Origin: an uncultured Actinomycetota bacterium
GTDB lineage: Bacteria; Actinomycetota; Actinomycetes; JAFAQI01
Length of the DNA stretch: 64,000 nucleotides
Reading direction: 5' to 3'
Assembly (NCBI GenBank): GCA_963770565.1
Contig: CAVYQE010000011.1
Span: 832,001-896,000, forward strand
The notes under the pieces were generated by a model. The model was not told the DNA's origin and made no database searches. It saw only the letters and a program-made list of their open reading frames with translations. Every line of letters begins with the position of its first letter. Position 1 is the first letter of the stretch. The position numbers and the translations under genes are program-made. Positions 52,381-61,533 of this stretch are shown here, piece after piece.

Positions 52381-52977
52381 GTGGCGCTGAACCGGGCGGC
52401 GCGGAATGCCGTTAAGACACGTATGGGTCGGGCGGCGGGCGCGGACGACGACCTCGTGCGCTCGGCCAAGCGCGGCGAGCCGTGGGCGCTGACCGAGGTC
52501 TGGCACCGGCACAGCGCTGCGGTGATGGCCTACCTCCGCGGCCGTGGCGTGGTCGACGCGGAGGACATGACCAGCGAGGTCTTCCTTCAGGTCTTTCGCG
52601 GCATCGGGCGCTTCCGCGGCGATGCCGGCGACCTTCGGACCTTCGTGTTCAGCGTGGCGCACGCTCGGTACGTCGATGAGGTCAGGCGGCTCGCCCGGCG
52701 CGGCGTCGCCGCCGAGTTCAGCGCCGACCGGCACGACAAGGCCGAGCCCAGCGCCGAGTCGGACGCCATGACCGCGCTTGCGACCGAGCGGGTCCGCCGG
52801 CTGATCGAGACCCTCTCCCCGGACCAGCGGGACGTGCTCCTGCTGCGGATCGTGGCCGACCTGAGCCTCGAGCAGACCGCGGAGGTGCTGGGCAAGAGCG
52901 TCGGGTCGGTGAAGTCGCTACAGCATCGTGGCCTGGCGGCGCTGCGGCCGATCCTGGGAATGGCCGTATCCCCATGA
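52381..52977 (+). CDS. ECF RNA polymerase sigma factor (start may be 52423)
   Basis: DAEDMTSEVF region 2; LSPDQRDVLLLR..LSLEQTAEVLGKSVGSVKSLQHRG region 4. Confidence 0.92.
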   Translation: MALNRAARNAVKTRMGRAAGADDDLVRSAKRGEPWALTEVWHRHSAAVMAYLRGRGVVDAEDMTSEVFLQVFRGIGRFRGDAGDLRTFVFSVAHARYVDEVRRLARRGVAAEFSADRHDKAEPSAESDAMTALATERVRRLIETLSPDQRDVLLLRIVADLSLEQTAEVLGKSVGSVKSLQHRGLAALRPILGMAVSP

Positions 52978-53822
52978 GCCGCTTTGGCGATGACCCAGAC
53001 ATGAGGTCCTGGTTCGGGCGCGACGACGCGTCGCCGACGGATCCGTCCGACCTGGCGGTAATGCGGGCGGCGGCCGACGTCCTGCGCGACCTCGAGCCGT
53101 CCCAGCCCGTCACGCCCAGCGCCGACCTGGCCGCGTTCATGGCGGCAGGTACGCCGCGCCGCCACCCGATTGCCGCTCGCGGCCGGGCGGTGGCGACTCG
53201 GTTCGCCGGTCTCGGCGTTGCCGCCAAGGTGATGCTGGCGGCCGGGGTGGCGATCGCCGGTGCCGGCGGTGCGGCGACCGCGGTGGCCTTCTCGACCGGC
53301 CACCTCGAGCTTCATCACGGCCATCACGTGGCCGCGCATCCGCACGCCAGCGGACACCCGTCCGCGCACCCGAGTGTGCATTCGTCGAGCCACGCTTCTA
53401 CTGGGTCGGCGCCGGTGGGCACCGCACCGACCGAGCCCACCGATTCCGGGCCGGGCGACCGTCACCATCGAGGTGACCGGTCGAACCGTGGCCCGGGTAG
53501 GGGCGACGGCCGGGGCCGCCACGACCACAACGGGCGCGACCGCGGTCACCGCGGTGGCGGTCACGATGGCAGCGGCTTCGGTGACGGTCATGACGGCAAC
53601 GGCGGGGGCCGGGACGGCAACGGCGGGGGCCGGAACGGTGACGGTCAGGGCGGTCACGATGGCAACGGCGGCCTCAGCGGCGGTCATGGCGGTGACGGTG
53701 GCGGTCACGGCGGCGGCGGTGGCGGCGGTGGCGGCGGTGGTCCGAGCGGTGGTCCGAACGGTGGTCGCGGCGGTGACGGTGGCAGCCACGGCGGTGGTGG
53801 CGACGGCGGGAGCGGCGGCTAG
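52974..53822 (+). CDS. Putative anti-sigma membrane protein with His- and Gly-rich exported tail
   Basis: ATGA overlap with the sigma gene; one TM segment; low-complexity C-terminus. Confidence 0.6.
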   Translation: MSRFGDDPDMRSWFGRDDASPTDPSDLAVMRAAADVLRDLEPSQPVTPSADLAAFMAAGTPRRHPIAARGRAVATRFAGLGVAAKVMLAAGVAIAGAGGAATAVAFSTGHLELHHGHHVAAHPHASGHPSAHPSVHSSSHASTGSAPVGTAPTEPTDSGPGDRHHRGDRSNRGPGRGDGRGRHDHNGRDRGHRGGGHDGSGFGDGHDGNGGGRDGNGGGRNGDGQGGHDGNGGLSGGHGGDGGGHGGGGGGGGGGGPSGGPNGGRGGDGGSHGGGGDGGSGG

Positions 53823-55093
53823 CCGGTCGAGGTGCTCGACTTCGACTTCGTCTTCGTCTTGGTCTTTGTCTTCGCGCTGGTCTTGACGGTCGGCGCGGCG
53901 GTAGTCGTGGTGGTGTGCTCGGGGGTCGGCGCCGCAGTCGCCGCAGTCGCCGCAATGCTCGCCTCAGCGGATGCCGCGGTGGGTGCTCGCGCGCCGGCCA
54001 AGGTGGCGACCGCAATGGTGACGAGGGCGCCAAGGATCAGCGCCGCCGGTTCCCCCGGTTTCAGCAGGTGCAACTCGGCACCGAGCGTGGCGGCCGCGAC
54101 TGGCACCCCGAGCTGGGCAGAGGCAAGCGCCCCGACCGCGATCGGCTGACCGGTCAGCCGCATCGCGACGTGGGTGAGGACCGCCCCCAGTCCGAGCACC
54201 ACGCCGAGCACGATGAACGACGGATGGTGGCCGAGGTCGCGCAGGTTCAGCGACGAACCGAGCCAGACGAAGAACAGCGGCCCGAAGAAGCCCTCGGTGA
54301 TCGCGAACAGCTGTTTGGCCAGCCGTCGCGGCTCACCGACAGCCGCGACCGCAATGCCGAACGTGAACCCGGCCAGCATGATCGACACGTGGGTCCGGGT
54401 GGCCACCGCGGCCAGCCCGAACAGCGCGGCCAGGCTGACCCGCAGCTCCAGGGCGAACAGCCGCTCCTCCGAGATCTTGTGAAGGTACTTCCGCCGCCCG
54501 GAGCGCTCGCCACGACGCAGCAGGAAGAACAGCACGACCGCGCAGGCGATCACCGCGAGCGCTCCCAGCGCCGCCCGGGCGGCGTGCGACGGATCGATCG
54601 CCAGCGGAAGCGCGACGATGCACGCGGCGTCTGCCACCGCGATCTGCGGCAGCATCCCGATCACGTCCGGCCCTCCGAGGCCGAGCGAGTCGACGATCGG
54701 CAGGATCAGAGCCGCCGACGACGACGCCATTAGTACGGCGTACAACCAGGGGTGGCCGGTGCCGAAGATGTGCGAGACGGCAATGCCGGCCGGCACGGAC
54801 ACGACACCGATCCCGACCGCCCGCAGCAAGCCGGTTCGCAGGGCGGTCTTCATGCTGGCGTCCCGCACCGGCACGTGCGAGCCGGCCACGAACATCACCA
54901 GGGCGAAGCCGATATCGGCCAGGAACGTGAAGGTCGTGTTGTCGGCGTGCAGCTGGTTGAACCCGGTGGCACCGAGGGCGATCCCGGCCGCCAGCTCGCC
55001 GAGCACGATCGGAAGGTGCCAGCCGCGGGGATAGGCAAGCAGCGGTCCGAGCAGGCCGATGACCGCGATCAGCGCCAGATTGGCAAAGCTCAT
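53819..55093 (-). CDS. Cation:proton antiporter (CPA2-like)
   Basis: Many TM helices, GELAAGIALG, FVAG, FFGPLFFVWLG. Confidence 0.85.
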   Translation of the reverse strand: MSFANLALIAVIGLLGPLLAYPRGWHLPIVLGELAAGIALGATGFNQLHADNTTFTFLADIGFALVMFVAGSHVPVRDASMKTALRTGLLRAVGIGVVSVPAGIAVSHIFGTGHPWLYAVLMASSSAALILPIVDSLGLGGPDVIGMLPQIAVADAACIVALPLAIDPSHAARAALGALAVIACAVVLFFLLRRGERSGRRKYLHKISEERLFALELRVSLAALFGLAAVATRTHVSIMLAGFTFGIAVAAVGEPRRLAKQLFAITEGFFGPLFFVWLGSSLNLRDLGHHPSFIVLGVVLGLGAVLTHVAMRLTGQPIAVGALASAQLGVPVAAATLGAELHLLKPGEPAALILGALVTIAVATLAGARAPTAASAEASIAATAATAAPTPEHTTTTTAAPTVKTSAKTKTKTKTKSKSSTSTG

Positions 55094-55482
55094 GTGCGAG
55101 TTCTCAGCACCAACGCGACCAGGCGGCACGGGATGTCGGTGTTCTCGTCGACGTGGTAGCTCGCGCAGACCCGGTGGTAGCCGTCGGCGATCTGCAGATG
55201 GCGGCCGGACCCGATGTCGCCGCGAACCAGCAACACCGGCGACAGGTCGCGGCCCTTACGGATCTTCTTGAGGTCGGCCAGGACGTGCGGGTTGTCGACG
55301 TCGAGCAGGTCGAGGCCCGACGCCCGGAGGATGTCCTTGGCCTTCTGGTGGATGATCGGCGCGCTGCGCAAGTCCTCGACCAGACGCTTGACCACTTCGG
55401 GCCGCGCGATCAACGACAGGTAGTCCCCGGCCGCCGGGTAGTCGTGCTCGTCCGGCTCGTTCTTCCACTTGACGCCTGCCAT
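55090..55482 (-). CDS. Small ParB/sulfiredoxin-like fold protein
   Basis: LSPVLLVRG...IADGYHR motif; ATGA overlap with the antiporter gene. Confidence 0.7.
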   Translation of the reverse strand: MAGVKWKNEPDEHDYPAAGDYLSLIARPEVVKRLVEDLRSAPIIHQKAKDILRASGLDLLDVDNPHVLADLKKIRKGRDLSPVLLVRGDIGSGRHLQIADGYHRVCASYHVDENTDIPCRLVALVLRTRT

Positions 55483-55609
55483 CCGCCTCACCCTCTCGAA
55501 CCCCCGGGCCTCCCGGCCTTGGTTGAGTATGGCCAGCAAAGTGCAAAGATCGAGGGAATCCTTCACGGTGCCGTGCTTATGGCGACCTGGGTCAGGGCAA
55601 GGAGCAGTC

Positions 55610-56749
55610 ATGCGAATCCGACGTACGGCCCTTTGCGGGGTAGTGGCGCTGGCGGTCGGTGGCCTGGTGACCGGCCAAGCGGCACTCGGCGCGACCGACC
55701 GGGCGGTGGCTCCCAACAGCCCCACGATCGTCGGCCACCTCGCGTACCTGACCGCGAAGGACACCGTCGAGCTCGCGACGGTCGAATCGAACGGTACGAC
55801 GACCGGCGCCAAGCGGATCGGCCCGGTCACTCTCGTCACGTTGAGCGACACCGTGCAGATCGACGACCTGATGTCATCAGGCGACGGCGCGTGGCTCGCG
55901 TGGCAGGAGCAGGTCTTCACGCACAAGGGCGATCTCGTCAAGACCGTGCTCGTGCTCCGCGAGGAGGGCGATGGGGCGACCTTCACGTTGAACACCGCGC
56001 AGTCACCGCTCGGATTCGCCGGCGACCAACTCCTGACGTCCAGCGCGAACGCGACGAGGCGGGTCAGCGTGCAGCCGACCATCCATCTGATCAAGGTCAC
56101 CGATCACGCGTTCCCCCTCGCGGCGTACCCGCACGGCGTCGTCGACGGTCCGTCGTACCTGGCTCCGAAGGGTCCGGCCCAGACCTGGCGAGTCCGGCTG
56201 ACTTCCTTCGGCGGCAAGCACACGACGCTGCACGACTACGTGCTCGGCCCGACCAACTACCGCAACCCGGATGCCGCCTGGGTCAGTGGCGACGGCAAGC
56301 ACGTGGTGATCGAGCGCGGCAACCACCAGGACTTCGGCGGCCTCGGGCCGTCGTCGCTGGCCGACGAGTTCGTCCTGGGCGCAGGTCATGCCCGCAGCCA
56401 GTTAGGGCACTACGGCACCGACAAGCAGGCCTGGCGGATCGGTTCGGTGAGCTTCTCCGGCTCGTCGGACTCGGTCTGGGCGATGTGGGAACGGCTGACC
56501 AAGACCGGGGCGACCAGCGTGGTCGCGCTTCGCGAGCACGGTGCCTGGACGCTGATCGCCGGGCACGGGATCGCCGTCGCCGGCAACCACCACGGCTATG
56601 TCGTCGTGCAGCCCGGCAAGCTGGTGTTGACCAACCCCGACGTGCAGGGCTACGGCACGGTGCCGACCAGGCACGCCGAACTGCGCCACGGCAGCTCGAG
56701 CGTCACGCTGAACGCCGAAGGAACCACGTTCGTCTGGGTCAGCAGCTGA
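55610..56749 (+). CDS. Secreted hypothetical protein (beta-rich, possibly propeller)
   Basis: GGAG RBS, signal peptide, SGDG-W/K repeats, GC3-rich codons. Confidence 0.7.
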   Translation: MRIRRTALCGVVALAVGGLVTGQAALGATDRAVAPNSPTIVGHLAYLTAKDTVELATVESNGTTTGAKRIGPVTLVTLSDTVQIDDLMSSGDGAWLAWQEQVFTHKGDLVKTVLVLREEGDGATFTLNTAQSPLGFAGDQLLTSSANATRRVSVQPTIHLIKVTDHAFPLAAYPHGVVDGPSYLAPKGPAQTWRVRLTSFGGKHTTLHDYVLGPTNYRNPDAAWVSGDGKHVVIERGNHQDFGGLGPSSLADEFVLGAGHARSQLGHYGTDKQAWRIGSVSFSGSSDSVWAMWERLTKTGATSVVALREHGAWTLIAGHGIAVAGNHHGYVVVQPGKLVLTNPDVQGYGTVPTRHAELRHGSSSVTLNAEGTTFVWVSS

Positions 56750-56777
56750 CCGTAACGCTGAAGAGCAACACCGTCAC

Positions 56778-57656
56778 TCAGAGGTACGCCCCGGACGGCA
56801 GGTAGGCCCGGGGCGGAGAGCCGCCCCGCCAGAACGCGGCTCCGCCAGGCGTCACCCGCAGCCGGGCGCGATAACAGATCTCGATCGCCCACTGTTGCTC
56901 GGCGTTGAGGTGGTAGACGTCGGCGGAGCGGCCGAGGTCGCTGACGGTCGCCAGGCAGTGCCACAGCAGCGCCCGGGCGGTGTCGTCGTCGGTGGCCGCG
57001 AGGTTGTAGAGCACGCCGTCCTCGCGGAGGTAGGCATAGCCGCGGCCCTCGACGTCGTCGACCACGAACATCTGCAGGTCCGTGGCCATCCGGACCTGGT
57101 CCGGTCCGTGCGGCGCGCCGCGCACGACCCGGTCCACCGCGTCGGCGAACTCCACGTCGGCGAGCGAGCCCGCTCGAACCGGTCGATGCGCGGCCGGTAG
57201 GACCGATCGGTCCGGTTCGCCCATGCCCTCGACCTGCGGATGTACCGCGAAGTCGCTGGTGGCATACAGCCGCATCGCCCGCGGATCGTGGGTCGACAGG
57301 ATGACCAGCTGGGAGCAGCCCTCGGCGTACGTCAACGTCGCGTCCATCAGCCGGCGCCCGATGCCGCTCGACTGCACGCTCGGGTCGACGCACATGAGGG
57401 AGAGTCCCCAGAGCTGCTCGCGTTTGAGCCCGAGGGCAGCACCGACAACGCGGTCGTCCTCGGTGGCGACCCAGGCGCCGGCCGGATCGTGGTCGAGGAA
57501 GTGCCGATAGCGACCGTGCATCCGGGCCAGGACGTCGTCGGTGACGGTTCTGGGCGTGACGCCGGAGCTGAGGTCGAGCACCTCGAACGCCGCGATCTGC
57601 GCGAGCGTGGCCGCCGCGATGTCGGCCTCGGCCATTGGTCGCACCGTGACCGCCAT
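56778..57656 (-). CDS. GNAT family N-acetyltransferase
   Basis: VRPM, VDPSVQSSGIGRRLM, AMRLY. Confidence 0.88.
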   Translation of the reverse strand: MAVTVRPMAEADIAAATLAQIAAFEVLDLSSGVTPRTVTDDVLARMHGRYRHFLDHDPAGAWVATEDDRVVGAALGLKREQLWGLSLMCVDPSVQSSGIGRRLMDATLTYAEGCSQLVILSTHDPRAMRLYATSDFAVHPQVEGMGEPDRSVLPAAHRPVRAGSLADVEFADAVDRVVRGAPHGPDQVRMATDLQMFVVDDVEGRGYAYLREDGVLYNLAATDDDTARALLWHCLATVSDLGRSADVYHLNAEQQWAIEICYRARLRVTPGGAAFWRGGSPPRAYLPSGAYL

Positions 57657-57693
57657 CGCACCTGCCTACCAGCCGGCGCGGCAGGATGGCGGC

Positions 57694-58797
57694 ATGCGGG
57701 TCGTCGTGGCGCCGGATTCATTCGGCGGGACCCTTCGCGCCGACCAGGCCGCGGCCGCGATCGCGGCCGGCTGGCGCGAGGTGGCGCCCGCTGATGAGAT
57801 CGTCTGCCGGCCGCTGTCCGACGGCGGCCCGGGGCTGGTAGCGGCGCTGGCGGCCGCGCTGCTGGACGCGGCGCGGATCCCGGTCGACTGTTCGGGCCCG
57901 ACCGGGCTGCCGATGGTCGCCGACGTCCTGCGGATCGGCCCGACCGGGTACGTCGAGAGCGCGGCGGCCTGCGGGCTGGACGACCTTCGCGCCCTGAACG
58001 GCGACGTGCGAACGGCGACGACGTACGGCGTCGGTCAGCTGGTGGCCGCGGTCGCCGCGCTGCCCGGTGTCGAGGTCGTGGTCGTCGGTCTTGGTGGATC
58101 GGGCAGCAACGACGGGGGAGCCGGGCTCTGGGCGGCGCTCGGCGCCGAGCCGGCGGCGGTCCTGCGCGGAGGCGGCGCGGCACTGCGTGGCCTCGACACG
58201 GTAACGCCGCCTGGCCCGATCGGTGCCCGGCTGGTGGCCGCGACCGACGTCGACAACCCGTTGCTCGGCCTGACCGGGGCGAGCGCGGTCTACGGGCCGC
58301 AGAAGGGCGCGGATCGCGAGGCGGTGATGAGCCTCGACCTCGCACTCGGGAACTGGGCCGATGCGGTCGAAGCCGCGACCGGTCGGGCGGGCCTGCGCGA
58401 CCGGCCTGGTGCCGGCGCCGCCGGCGGCCTCGGTTTCGGACTGCTGGCCCTCGGCGCGGAGCGGGTACCCGGCTCCGCGCTGGTGATCTCGGCGGTCGGC
58501 CTGGCCGAACAGATCGAGTCGGCCGACCTGGTGGTCACCGGCGAGGGTCACTTGGACGAGACCTCGCTGCGCGGCAAGGTGCCGGCCGCGGTCGCCCGGC
58601 TCGCCCAGGCCGCCGGCGTGCCCTGCGTGGTGGTGGCCGGCCAGTCGAGTCTGGGCGCGCGGGTGGCGGCCGCGAACGGCATCGACGAGGTCTGGTCGGT
58701 CGCCGGGGAGCTGGGTTCGGTCGAGGCCGCGCTCGGCGCGGGTGCCGAGGGCGTCCGTACGGTCGGTCGCGCGGTGGCCCGCTCATGGTCGAGATGA
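57694..58797 (+). CDS. glxK: Glycerate kinase
   Basis: VVVAPDSFGGTL, SDGGPG, GLGGSGSNDGG, YGPQKGA, TGEG. Confidence 0.92.
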   Translation: MRVVVAPDSFGGTLRADQAAAAIAAGWREVAPADEIVCRPLSDGGPGLVAALAAALLDAARIPVDCSGPTGLPMVADVLRIGPTGYVESAAACGLDDLRALNGDVRTATTYGVGQLVAAVAALPGVEVVVVGLGGSGSNDGGAGLWAALGAEPAAVLRGGGAALRGLDTVTPPGPIGARLVAATDVDNPLLGLTGASAVYGPQKGADREAVMSLDLALGNWADAVEAATGRAGLRDRPGAGAAGGLGFGLLALGAERVPGSALVISAVGLAEQIESADLVVTGEGHLDETSLRGKVPAAVARLAQAAGVPCVVVAGQSSLGARVAAANGIDEVWSVAGELGSVEAALGAGAEGVRTVGRAVARSWSR

Positions 58798-58833
58798 CCG
58801 GTTACGCGGGACGGTGTGGGATCATGGAGGCCG

Positions 58834-58860
58834 GGAAGAACCACGAGGGGCCGGCCGTTG
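58834..58860 (+). promoter_or_regulatory. Putative SigR/SigH-type promoter of iscA
   Basis: GGAAG-n18-GTTG, close to the GGAAT-n18-GTT consensus. Confidence 0.55.
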
Positions 58861-58921
58861 CACCTCGCAGGGCCAGTTTGAAGCCGTTCGAGCCCGTAAA
58901 CCGCGACAGGGAGTTCACCGA

Positions 58922-59284
58922 ATGACCGTGCAGGACACGTCGACCGAGACCGTCGAGCCGCAGACCGTCGTGCTCAGCGACACCGCGGCCAGCAAGGTCA
59001 AGCACCTGCTCGACCAGGAAGGTCGCGACGACCTGGCGCTGCGAATCGCCGTACAGCCGGGTGGCTGCTCGGGCCTGCGCTACCAGCTGTTCTTCGACGA
59101 GCGCACGCTCGAGGGCGACCAGTTCATCGACTTCAGCGGTGTGAAGGTCGTCGTCGACCGGATGAGCGGTCCCTACCTCGCCGGCGCCACGATCGACTTC
59201 GTCGACACGATCGAGAAGCAGGGCTTCACGATCGACAACCCGAACGCAACCGGCTCCTGCGCCTGCGGCGACTCCTTCCACTAA
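58922..59284 (+). CDS. iscA: HesB/IscA family Fe-S carrier
   Basis: PGGCSGLRY, NPNATGSCACGDSF. Confidence 0.95.
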   Translation: MTVQDTSTETVEPQTVVLSDTAASKVKHLLDQEGRDDLALRIAVQPGGCSGLRYQLFFDERTLEGDQFIDFSGVKVVVDRMSGPYLAGATIDFVDTIEKQGFTIDNPNATGSCACGDSFH

Positions 59285-59306
59285 TCGCGGCCCTGCCCGC
59301 CCGCAA

Positions 59307-59393
59307 CACCAATGGCCCATGCGTGGGGCCATAGCCCCACCGATGGGCCATGCGTGGGGTTATAACCCCACCGATGGGCCATGCGTGGGGTCG
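59307..59393. repeat. REP-like family B, copy 2: three 31-bp tandem units
   Basis: Same unit as 14966-15057. Confidence 0.85.
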
Positions 59394-59396
59394 GAC

Positions 59397-59594
59397 CTAG
59401 AGCTGTTGTGCGGCTTCGACCAGCGAGACAGAGGCGGCGGGGATGCAAATCACCTGCTTTTCGGCCCGCTCCGGCTCGGCCGCTGAGCGGCCCGAGCGGC
59501 TGAATGCAGCGGCCGGAATTGCCTGCCCATCGGTCACCAGCTCGGCCAGCGTCTCGGCGTCGAGCATCGAGCGAACCGCCCGCTTCGGGGTCAT
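59397..59594 (-). CDS. Possible small hypothetical protein
   Basis: 65-aa ORF filling the gap between the repeat and the kinase; no motif. Confidence 0.3.
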   Translation of the reverse strand: MTPKRAVRSMLDAETLAELVTDGQAIPAAAFSRSGRSAAEPERAEKQVICIPAASVSLVEAAQQL

Positions 59595-59656
59595 GATCCG
59601 ACGGTATGGGTGACCCGCGGGTAGCGGAAGGTCTACCGGCGGGTAGTTTGCCCGCT

Positions 59657-60616
59657 GTGCGCATAGCCGTGAGCGGGTCCATCGCGACCGACCATCTGAT
59701 GACCTTCGGCGGGAGCTTCTCCGAGCAGCTGATCGCCGAGCGGCTACACCACGTCTCGCTGTCATTCCTTGTCGACGGGCTCGAGATCCGTCGCGGCGGC
59801 GCGGCCGCGAACATCTGCTTCGGCCTCGGCGCGCTGCGCCTGCGCCCGGTGCTGGTCGGCTCGGTAGGGGAGGACTTCGGCGAGTACCGGGAGTGGCTCG
59901 ACGCCCACGGCGTGGACACCAGCGGGATCCGGGTCTCGAAGTCGCTCCAGACCGCGCGCTTCATCTGTACGACAGACGCCGAGCAGGCCCAGATCGCCAC
60001 CTTCTACGCGGGCGCCATGAGCGAGGCGCGGGAAATCGACCTCGACACGATCGGCGCGGTCGACCTGGTCGTGGTGAGCCCCAACGACCCCGCCGCGATG
60101 GTCGAGCACACCAAGCACTGCCGGGACGGCGGGCAGCGCTTTGCCGCCGACCCATCCCAGCAGCTCGCCATCCTCGACGCCGAGCCGATCCGGGGGCTGG
60201 TTGCCGGCGCTGACATCTTGTTCGGGAACGCCTACGAGGCAGCGCTGCTCGAGCACAAGACCGGCTGGTCGGCGGACGACGTCCTCGCTCAGGTCGGCAC
60301 CCGGGTCACCACCCATGGCGGGGACGGCATCGTGATCGAGCGGGCCGGCGAGCCGACCGTGTCGGTCGGCGTCGTACCCGCGCCGGCGCTCGTCGAGCCG
60401 ACCGGGGTGGGTGACGCGTTCCGGGCTGGCTACCTCGCCGCGCAGTCGTGGGGTCTCTCGGTCGAGCGCTCGGCCCAGATGGGTGCCCTGTTGGCGACCT
60501 GGTGCGTGGAGTCGGTGGGTCCGCAGGAATACACCGTCGACCCCGACCAAGCGAAGGAGCGGCTGGCTGCGGCGTACGACGAGGCGGCCGCGGCCGAGAT
60601 TTGCGCATATCTGTGA
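59657..60616 (+). CDS. PfkB-family kinase, adenosine kinase-like
   Basis: IAVSGSIATDHLM, RRGGAAANI, DPSQQL, PTGVGDAFRAG; position matches actinobacterial adoK. Confidence 0.9.
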   Translation: MRIAVSGSIATDHLMTFGGSFSEQLIAERLHHVSLSFLVDGLEIRRGGAAANICFGLGALRLRPVLVGSVGEDFGEYREWLDAHGVDTSGIRVSKSLQTARFICTTDAEQAQIATFYAGAMSEAREIDLDTIGAVDLVVVSPNDPAAMVEHTKHCRDGGQRFAADPSQQLAILDAEPIRGLVAGADILFGNAYEAALLEHKTGWSADDVLAQVGTRVTTHGGDGIVIERAGEPTVSVGVVPAPALVEPTGVGDAFRAGYLAAQSWGLSVERSAQMGALLATWCVESVGPQEYTVDPDQAKERLAAAYDEAAAAEICAYL

Positions 60617-60687
60617 CCGGCCGGATGGCCGCGGGACACGCCGCCCCTCAGCGCAACCGCGCGCAGCCGCTGCGTTAGGGTTTCGGC

Positions 60688-61533
60688 GTGCTTGAGGACA
60701 CGACTCCGAGCCCGGACCAGCGGGCTCGCCGGAAGGCTTCGCGGGTCGTGCGAATCGCAGCTCTGGGCGGTTTGACGCTGCTCGCGACCGGGTGCACCGG
60801 CGAGGCGGCCAAGTGGGAACGCGGCGGCTGGCCGGCGCCGGTGACGGTGCAGGGCAAGCACGTCCTCGACCTCTGGGAAGGCTCGCTGCTCGCCTCCGCG
60901 ATCGTCGGCGGCCTGGTGCTCGGGATGATCGTGTACGCCGCGGTGGCGTTCCGGCGAAAGTCACCCAACCAGATCCCGCGGCAGGTCCGCTACAACCTCC
61001 CGATCGAGGTTCTCTACACGTTCATCCCGATCGTCGTGGTTTCGGTGCTCTTCTACTTCACCGCGATCGGCGAGGACAACGAGGACGCGATCAACAACAA
61101 GCCCGCCCTGCAGGTCGGCGTGGTGGGCTTCCAGTGGTCGTGGCAGTTCAACTACGCCAGCCACGCCCTGTCCATCACCGGCCGGCCGGGCCAGCCCCCG
61201 CAGCTCGTGCTCCCAGTCGGCGAGCAGATCCACTTCCACCTGACCTCACCGGACGTGATCCACTCGTTCTGGGTCGTGCCGTTCCTGTTCAAGCGCGACG
61301 TGATCCCTGGTCACCCGAACGAGTTCGAGGTCACGATCACCAAGCAGGGCACCTTCCAAGGCCGTTGCGCAGAGTTCTGCGGGATCCATCACGACCGCAT
61401 GCTGTTCACCGTCAAGGCCGTCTCGCAGACCGCGTTCAAGGCCTGGCTGGCGCAAGCCCAGCAGACCGCGATCGACGGCAGCAACGCTGAATACACCGTC
61501 TATACGGGGCCGTCGGAGGGACCAAGCCTGTGA
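60688..61533 (+). CDS. ctaC: Cytochrome c oxidase subunit II
   Basis: Lipobox [28 protein letters not shown] CuA motif. Confidence 0.95.
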   Translation: MLEDTTPSPDQRARRKASRVVRIAALGGLTLLATGCTGEAAKWERGGWPAPVTVQGKHVLDLWEGSLLASAIVGGLVLGMIVYAAVAFRRKSPNQIPRQVRYNLPIEVLYTFIPIVVVSVLFYFTAIGEDNEDAINNKPALQVGVVGFQWSWQFNYASHALSITGRPGQPPQLVLPVGEQIHFHLTSPDVIHSFWVVPFLFKRDVIPGHPNEFEVTITKQGTFQGRCAEFCGIHHDRMLFTVKAVSQTAFKAWLAQAQQTAIDGSNAEYTVYTGPSEGPSL

